From an uncultured Bifidobacteriaceae bacterium (GTDB lineage: Bacteria; Actinomycetota; Actinomycetes; S36-B12), in NCBI GenBank assembly GCA_964551975.1, contig CAZKFI010000007.1, forward strand, positions 1 through 56,234: a stretch of DNA of 56,234 nt. The letters are read 5' to 3'. Each line of letters begins with the position of its first letter. Position 1 is the first letter of the stretch. The notes beneath the pieces are model-generated. The model saw only the letters and a list, made by a program, of their open reading frames with translations, searched no databases and was not told the DNA's origin. Shown piece by piece: positions 51,231-56,234 of the stretch. The translations under genes and the position numbers were made by a program.

Positions 51231-52343
51231 ATGCTCCTGCGGCTGGGTGACCGTGGTCCTGCGGTAGCCGAGGTTCGCAGCCGACTCACCCACTTGGGCC
51301 TGCTGGACGACGTCGATGCACCTACTCAAACCGGTGGACGGACCCAGCCTGCGGATTGCTTCGATGACGCCTTAGACGTCGCCGTGCGCACCTTCCAGCA
51401 GGAGCGCGGACTCACCGTGGACGGCATTGTCGGCCCTGATACCTACCGACGGCTCGAAGAGGCTCGGTGGCAACTCGGTGATCGCATCCTGCAGTTCGTA
51501 CCCGGTCACCTCATCAACGGTGATGACGTCACTCAACTCCAGCGTCGGCTCAGTGAACTGGGATTTGACTGCGGTCGACTTGACGGTGTCTTCGGACACC
51601 GCACCGATCGTGCGCTCCGTGAGTTCCAGCGCAGTGTCGGTGTTCGCCCTGATGGCACCTGCGGCCCGGAAACTTTTCGAGCATTCGATCGGTTGGTTCG
51701 CACCGTTTCCGGGGGCAACGCAGCGACACTGCGTGAGTTCATCACGTTAACTCACCTGCGCACTGGTGTCGCCGACAAGGTCATCGTCTTGGATCCAGAA
51801 TCAGGACAAGGGTCTGAGATCTGTCAGGCGATTGCGGGCCGCGTAGAAGGGCGCTTGGCTGCCCTAGGCACCCAGGTTCTTCTCACCAGTGCCGCCAGTG
51901 CTCACACAAATCCCGATGAAAGTGAACGTGCCGACTTCGCTAACCGCACTGGTGCCCACCTCGTCGTGTCGTTGCGCGTCGACACGGTTACCAGTCCCCT
52001 ACCCAACGGCGTCGTCTCGTTCTACTTCGGTGATCCGCAGGGCGGGTTGCACTCCTACGCCGGGCGGGCCCTTGCTGAACTCATCCAAGAGGAGATCTGC
52101 GCCCGCACCACCATGCGTGACTGTCGCACCCACCCACGCACCTGGGATCTGCTGCGGAACACACGCATGCCCGCTGTGCGCGTGGAACTGGGTTATCTCT
52201 CCAATCCCAGTGACCGACGTGCGCTACTCAGTAGCGGGTATCACGATGCCGTCGCCTCGGCCATCGCTACGGCAGTCACCCGTTTGTGTGCACCTGACGA
52301 ACCGGTAGGCGAGGATTCCTCGGCAACACCAATCGGACGATGA
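51231..52343 (+). CDS. cwlM: N-acetylmuramoyl-L-alanine amidase-family protein with two PG-binding domains (CwlM-like)
   Basis: Two PG_binding_1 repeats ('GDRGPAVAEVRSRL', 'FQQERGLTVDGIVGPDTYRRL', 'LQRRLSELGF', 'FQRSVGVRPDGTCGPETF') plus an Amidase_3 domain. Synteny after trxA supports the call. ATG at 51231. Confidence 0.8.
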   Translation: MLLRLGDRGPAVAEVRSRLTHLGLLDDVDAPTQTGGRTQPADCFDDALDVAVRTFQQERGLTVDGIVGPDTYRRLEEARWQLGDRILQFVPGHLINGDDVTQLQRRLSELGFDCGRLDGVFGHRTDRALREFQRSVGVRPDGTCGPETFRAFDRLVRTVSGGNAATLREFITLTHLRTGVADKVIVLDPESGQGSEICQAIAGRVEGRLAALGTQVLLTSAASAHTNPDESERADFANRTGAHLVVSLRVDTVTSPLPNGVVSFYFGDPQGGLHSYAGRALAELIQEEICARTTMRDCRTHPRTWDLLRNTRMPAVRVELGYLSNPSDRRALLSSGYHDAVASAIATAVTRLCAPDEPVGEDSSATPIGR

Positions 52344-52416
52344 AGCCAGTAGCTAGACCCACAGCAAAGGCCGCTGCGACGATCGTCCATGGCTTCCAGT
52401 CCTGATCTGTAGCCAC
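52276..52416 (-). CDS. candidate 46-codon single-TM small protein
   Basis: GTG at 52416 is preceded by AGGAGG at 5 nt. The peptide is VATDQDWKPWTIVAAAFAVGLATGFIVRLVLPRNPRLPVRQVHTNG. It overlaps the cwlM 3' end by 68 nt on the opposite strand. It is below the ORF-track cutoff and unverified. Confidence 0.25.
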   Translation of the reverse strand: MATDQDWKPWTIVAAAFAVGLATGFIVRLVLPRNPRLPVRQVHTNG

Positions 52417-52455
52417 CTTTGCCTCCTAGTACGCGCCCCTGCCTAGGGTAGGCCG

Positions 52456-53751
52456 GTGGCCGTCACCAGGCTTGATCCTTGGTTCGATAGTTATGCCGCG
52501 CGCACGCACGGCATGTCCGCCTCGGTCATTCGCGCTCTGTTCTCGGTTGCGTCCCGGCCCGAGGTTGTCTCCCTGGCAGGCGGCATGCCGTTCGTTCAGG
52601 CACTGCCGCTGGACTCCGTGGCCGACACCGTGCACCGACTGATCCGGGAGCGGGGTGCCAGCGCCCTGCAGTACGGCTCAGGTCAGGGCGATCCACAGCT
52701 TCGGGAGCAGATTCTCGAGGTGGTGAGGCCGGTCGGTATCAGTTGCCACCCGGATGACATCGTCGTGACCTGCGGATCGCAGATGGCCCTGGACCTGGTC
52801 ACCAAGGTGTTCTGTGACCCCGGTGACGTTGTTTTGGTTGAGGCCCCGTCCTACGTCGGGGCCCTCGGCGTGTTCGCCTCCTATCAGTGCGAGGTCCGAC
52901 ACCTCGCCATGGATGAAGCCGGCCTGCTGCCGCATGCCTTGCATGGGGCACTGGACACCCTGGCGGCCGAAGGTCGCCGAGCCAAGATGCTGTACACGAT
53001 TCCGTCCTTCCAGAATCCCAGCGGCGTTACCCAACCACCTGAACGCCGGCGTGAACTTCTCCAGATCGCGCAGGCGGCCGGCCTGCTGGTGTTGGAAGAC
53101 GACCCCTACGGGTTGCTGGGTTTCACGGGTGAGCCGCCAACCGCGCTGCGAGCTCAGGATGCAGAGTCGGTGATCTACCTGGGCTCGTTCTCCAAGACGA
53201 TTGCCGCAGGTCTGCGAGTCGGGTGGGTGATCGCGCCGCACGGCGTTCGTGAACGCCTGGTCCTGGCGGCTGAGTCCGCTGTGCTGTGCCCGTCGAATTT
53301 CACCCAACTCACCGTCTCGGAATATCTCGCGACACAACCCTGGCAGGAACAGATCAAGGCTTTTGTGGAGTTGTATCGCGAGCGCCGGGATGCGCTCATC
53401 CAGGCGCTTCAGGCCACCATGCCGGTGGGCACGAGCTGGACAGTTCCCCAGGGAGGGTTCTACTCCTGGGTGACGTTGCCGGATGGCTTGGACGCCACGG
53501 CCATGCTGCCCCGTGCCATCGCCGGGCGGGTGGCATATGTCCCCGGCACCGGATTCTTTGCGGACGGCCAGGGCAGTCAGCAGTTGCGTCTGTCCTACTG
53601 CTACCCCGAACCCGATCGGATCACTGAGGGGGTGCGGCGTCTGGCTGGAGTTGTCGAGGAAGAGCTCGCGCTCCAAGCGACCTTCGGAACGTCGCTACCA
53701 ACTGACCCGGGTTTGCCCGCAACGGCCGTGCCAGGTCCTGAGATCAGCTAG
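52456..53751 (+). CDS. PLP-dependent aminotransferase, class I/II (MocR-type catalytic domain without HTH)
   Basis: 'SASVIRALF', 'GSGQGDPQLRE', 'PSFQNPSG', 'EDDPYG', 'GSFSKTIAAGLRVGW' (PLP Lys) and 'LRLSY'. The start is GTG 52456 or ATG 52513. Confidence 0.75.
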   Translation: MAVTRLDPWFDSYAARTHGMSASVIRALFSVASRPEVVSLAGGMPFVQALPLDSVADTVHRLIRERGASALQYGSGQGDPQLREQILEVVRPVGISCHPDDIVVTCGSQMALDLVTKVFCDPGDVVLVEAPSYVGALGVFASYQCEVRHLAMDEAGLLPHALHGALDTLAAEGRRAKMLYTIPSFQNPSGVTQPPERRRELLQIAQAAGLLVLEDDPYGLLGFTGEPPTALRAQDAESVIYLGSFSKTIAAGLRVGWVIAPHGVRERLVLAAESAVLCPSNFTQLTVSEYLATQPWQEQIKAFVELYRERRDALIQALQATMPVGTSWTVPQGGFYSWVTLPDGLDATAMLPRAIAGRVAYVPGTGFFADGQGSQQLRLSYCYPEPDRITEGVRRLAGVVEEELALQATFGTSLPTDPGLPATAVPGPEIS

Positions 53752-54728
53752 CCGGTCGACCCCGGCCCGTTCGAGGCGCGTTCGATGGCCTGCGTCACGA
53801 GGTTCAACACGGTGGCACCGACATCCATCGCGGCGGCGTTCAGTGCCTGTGGGTACAGCGAGGTCTCCGTCATTCCTGGAGCTGCGTTCATCTCCAAGAT
53901 CCACGGTTGCCCCTGCTGATCGATGATCAGGTCGGCTCGCGACCAATCCCGAAGTCCCAGTACCTGATGGGCGGTCCGGGCAACATCCACTGCTCGAGAC
54001 AGGGTTGCTGTATCCACTCCGGGCGGGCAGGTGAAGGTCGTGTGCCCCGCGGTGTAGCGGGCGTCGTAGTCGTACAGCCGACCCATTGGGGTGATCTCGA
54101 TACTGGGCAGCGCCCGCAGACCCTGCTGGTCCTGCAGCAGGCAGACGGCCACTTCGATCCCTGGCACGTAACGCTCGACCAGCACGGTGTCGGAATACGC
54201 GAACGCGGCCACCAGGGCTGCGGAGAGTTCTGCGAGTTCGTTCACCAGGCTTACACCCATCGCCGATCCACCCCGCGTCGGTTTGACCACTGCGGGTAGA
54301 CCCAATGCATCGACGACGGCGGCCATCACCTGTGCAGCGCCGAGTTCGCGGAACATTGCGTGGGGTAACGCGATGAAATCAGGGGAGGGGAGGTCGTGCG
54401 CTGCCAGGTGCGCCTTGGCCACCGCTTTGTCGAAGGTCAGTCGACAGGCCGTGGATGGTGAGCCAACGAAGGGCAGGTCGAGGACTTCCAGCAGCGTTGC
54501 TAATGCCCCATCCTCGCCGGCAGCTCCATGGACGAGGGGCACTACGCAGTCCACGGGCGAGGTACGCCAGGCTTGCAAGGTCGCTGCGTCCAGATCCCGC
54601 TCAGCAACACTCACGCCCAACTGGCGTAGCGAATCCGCAACGCGGCGTCCTGACCTGAGTGAGACATCCCGCTCTGGTGACAGGCTGCCCGCTACGACGT
54701 CGACCACCACCTCCGAGGCTGGTCTCAC
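53748..54728 (-). CDS. ddl: D-alanine--D-alanine ligase family (ATP-grasp)
   Basis: 'SPERDVSLRSG', 'HGAAGEDGALATLLEVLDLPFVGS', 'VVKPTRGGSAMGV' and 'ILEMNAAPGMTETS'. GTG 54728 overlaps the parB stop (GTGA). Alternative GTGs lie at 54710 and 54707. Confidence 0.8.
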   Translation of the reverse strand: MRPASEVVVDVVAGSLSPERDVSLRSGRRVADSLRQLGVSVAERDLDAATLQAWRTSPVDCVVPLVHGAAGEDGALATLLEVLDLPFVGSPSTACRLTFDKAVAKAHLAAHDLPSPDFIALPHAMFRELGAAQVMAAVVDALGLPAVVKPTRGGSAMGVSLVNELAELSAALVAAFAYSDTVLVERYVPGIEVAVCLLQDQQGLRALPSIEITPMGRLYDYDARYTAGHTTFTCPPGVDTATLSRAVDVARTAHQVLGLRDWSRADLIIDQQGQPWILEMNAAPGMTETSLYPQALNAAAMDVGATVLNLVTQAIERASNGPGSTG

Positions 54729-55726
54729 ACGCCGAGGATTTCCATAATCCGCCTCAGATCAGTGAGGTCGGCACAGTCGATGATGACGCGGCCGCGTGAG
54801 CGAGCATCCTTGAATCCGCTGGTGTGCACTCGGGTTTCAAGATGATCGGCAAGGTCACGTTGCAGGGCGGCGACAACCTCGGCCGTGTGTCGATCTGCTT
54901 TCTTCTCCTTCGACTTACGGCCACGGGCCGTCGTGGGTTCGGCGAGCATCACCAATTCCTCAACCGCTCGCACGCTCAATCCCTCAGCAACAATGCGTTG
55001 GGCCATGGCGTCCATCGCCGATGCGCTATCCAGTGAGAGCAGTGCGCGAGCATGCCCGGCACTGAGCACTCCGGCCGCGACTCGTCGCTGCACCGCCGGT
55101 GGCAGTTTCAACAAGCGAATCGTGTTGGTCACCTGCGGACGTGAGCGACCGAGTCGGCTGGCCAGCTCGTCCTGTGTGCACCCGAAATCGGCCAGGAGCT
55201 GGGAGTAGGCGGCTGCCTCCTCCAAGGGGTTCAGGTCGGCACGATGCAGGTTCTCCAGGAGGGCGTCGCGTAGCAAGGCATCGTCCGCGGTCTGCCTGAT
55301 GATTACCGGCACGGTCGTCATCCCGGCCGCCTTGCAGGCGCGCAGTCGTCGCTCACCAGCGATCAACTGGAAGCGTGAACCTGAGGCTCGAACCACAAGG
55401 GGCTGCAGGAGACCGATCTCTTTGATCGAGTGGGTGAGCTCGGCGAGGGCGTCCGGGTCGAACACCGTGCGTGGCTGACGAGGATTCGCGGCGATTCGAG
55501 CAATGGGGATTTCCGCGTACACCGCCTCGGCAGCACTGCTCGCGGAGGCTTTGTTGGCCTTGGTTGATGTGGTCGATGACGTCGAGCTAGTCGAGGTCGT
55601 ACCCGTGCGACCAGCGCTCGAAGCGGCTGTTTGTGGGCTGCGACCAGCTGCTGTCGAGGTAGGAATCAAGGCACCGAGGCCTCGTCCTAGCCCACGTTTG
55701 GGTGCCGGTTTCTTCGTGGTCGCCAT
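54725..55726 (-). CDS. parB: chromosome partitioning protein ParB
   Basis: 'NPRQPR', 'GLLQPLVV', 'IAGERRLRA' (ParB box) and HTH 'TQDELASRLGRSRPQVTNTIRLL'. It lies 4 nt downstream of parA. Confidence 0.9.
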   Translation of the reverse strand: MATTKKPAPKRGLGRGLGALIPTSTAAGRSPQTAASSAGRTGTTSTSSTSSTTSTKANKASASSAAEAVYAEIPIARIAANPRQPRTVFDPDALAELTHSIKEIGLLQPLVVRASGSRFQLIAGERRLRACKAAGMTTVPVIIRQTADDALLRDALLENLHRADLNPLEEAAAYSQLLADFGCTQDELASRLGRSRPQVTNTIRLLKLPPAVQRRVAAGVLSAGHARALLSLDSASAMDAMAQRIVAEGLSVRAVEELVMLAEPTTARGRKSKEKKADRHTAEVVAALQRDLADHLETRVHTSGFKDARSRGRVIIDCADLTDLRRIMEILGV

Positions 55727-55730
55727 CGAT

Positions 55731-56234
55731 TCACCCCGTCCCGGCGCTACTGAGCGCTGTCAGCGTGTGGAGTTGGTGAGCTGCCTCGCGGTAGCAGAGG
55801 GCACCTGGTGAACTCGGGTCGTAGGTCAACACCGACTGGCCATGGCTCGGGGCTTCGCAGACGCGCACGGAGCGGGGAATCACAGTAGGCAGGACTTTCG
55901 GTCCAAAGTGCTCCCGCACCTCTTCAAGTACCTGGGAGGCCAGCCGGGTTCTCCCGTCGTACATCGTGAGCAGGATTGCTGTGACCTCTAGCTGAGGGTT
56001 CAGCCCGGCGCGGACCATGTCCACGGTGCGAAGCAGCTGTGAGAGGCCCTCCAGTGCGTAGTACTCGCACTGAATGGGTAGGAACACCTCACGTGCGGCA
56101 ACGAGGGCGTTCAGGGTCAAGATGCCCAGCGATGGTGGGCAGTCGATGAATACGTAGTCGAAGTGTTCCGTCGTTTGCTCCAGGTAGCCCTGCACTGCTC
56201 GGTCGAGGAGGTACTCACGATCCGGATAGCTGAC
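55731..56234 (-). CDS. parA: chromosome partitioning ATPase ParA/Soj (C-terminal part; 5' end outside the window)
   Basis: 'YDYVFIDCPPSLG', 'PIQCEYYALEGL' and 'MYDGRT.LA..V'. The frame stays open to the window edge beyond the track ATG at 56195. Confidence 0.85.
   Translation of the reverse strand, partial: VSYPDREYLLDRAVQGYLEQTTEHFDYVFIDCPPSLGILTLNALVAAREVFLPIQCEYYALEGLSQLLRTVDMVRAGLNPQLEVTAILLTMYDGRTRLASQVLEEVREHFGPKVLPTVIPRSVRVCEAPSHGQSVLTYDPSSPGALCYREAAHQLHTLTALSSAGTG

Noticed and set aside
1-56234. Mobile elements, prophage, defence systems, rRNA/tRNA genes
   Set aside because: I recognised no transposase, integrase, recombinase, phage structural, restriction or toxin-like ORFs. No long terminal inverted repeats and no tRNA-like cloverleaf were evident in the intergenic gaps I read. 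A tRNAscan/Infernal run would be needed to exclude small RNAs formally.

Overview
High-GC actinobacterial chromosomal segment, densely coding, with about 55 supportable protein genes. I saw no rRNA, tRNA, CRISPR array, transposase or integrase. The right two thirds is the conserved oriC-proximal core. Its gene order is dnaB, rplI-rpsR-ssb-rpsF, xthA-femX, GT87-ponA-DUF5318, cca, DUF6049, murJ, pseudokinase, sigM, anti-sigma, trxB-trxA, cwlM, then ddl-parB-parA running off the right edge. From memory this matches the Streptomyces SCO3886-3911 order and M. tuberculosis Rv0049-58 plus Rv3907c-18c. The left third is more variable. It holds a tightly overlapped ubiA-dprE1-dprE2 decaprenyl-phospho-arabinose operon, a fadE5-like acyl-CoA dehydrogenase, copC/copD-ctaG, and a predicted Tat-exported L,D-transpeptidase. 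It also holds a nitrilase-family hydrolase, a three-gene 2-oxoacid dehydrogenase operon, a convergent DevR/DevS-like pair, two aminotransferases and a secreted glycoside hydrolase. A small island of ion-channel and membrane genes sits between dnaB and rplI. I found no obvious defence or mobile system. The main second-look items are listed here. (1) A 32-codon tandem-repeat mini-ORF bridges ubiA and dprE1 with 4-nt overlaps at both ends. (2) Tandem repeats of period 9, 12 or 15 nt recur at gene 5' ends, linkers and operon spacers. (3) The pseudokinase is split from MurJ and carries an 8 x pentapeptide Ser/Thr-Asp array. (4) A ddl gene is overlapped with or immediately follows parB. (5) An xthA-femX-alanine-racemase-like module is present. 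(6) A BacNav-type channel has an atypical LENF filter. (7) The DevS-like kinase has a His-rich repeat insert. All family calls rest on motif reading and recalled homology; no searches were run.
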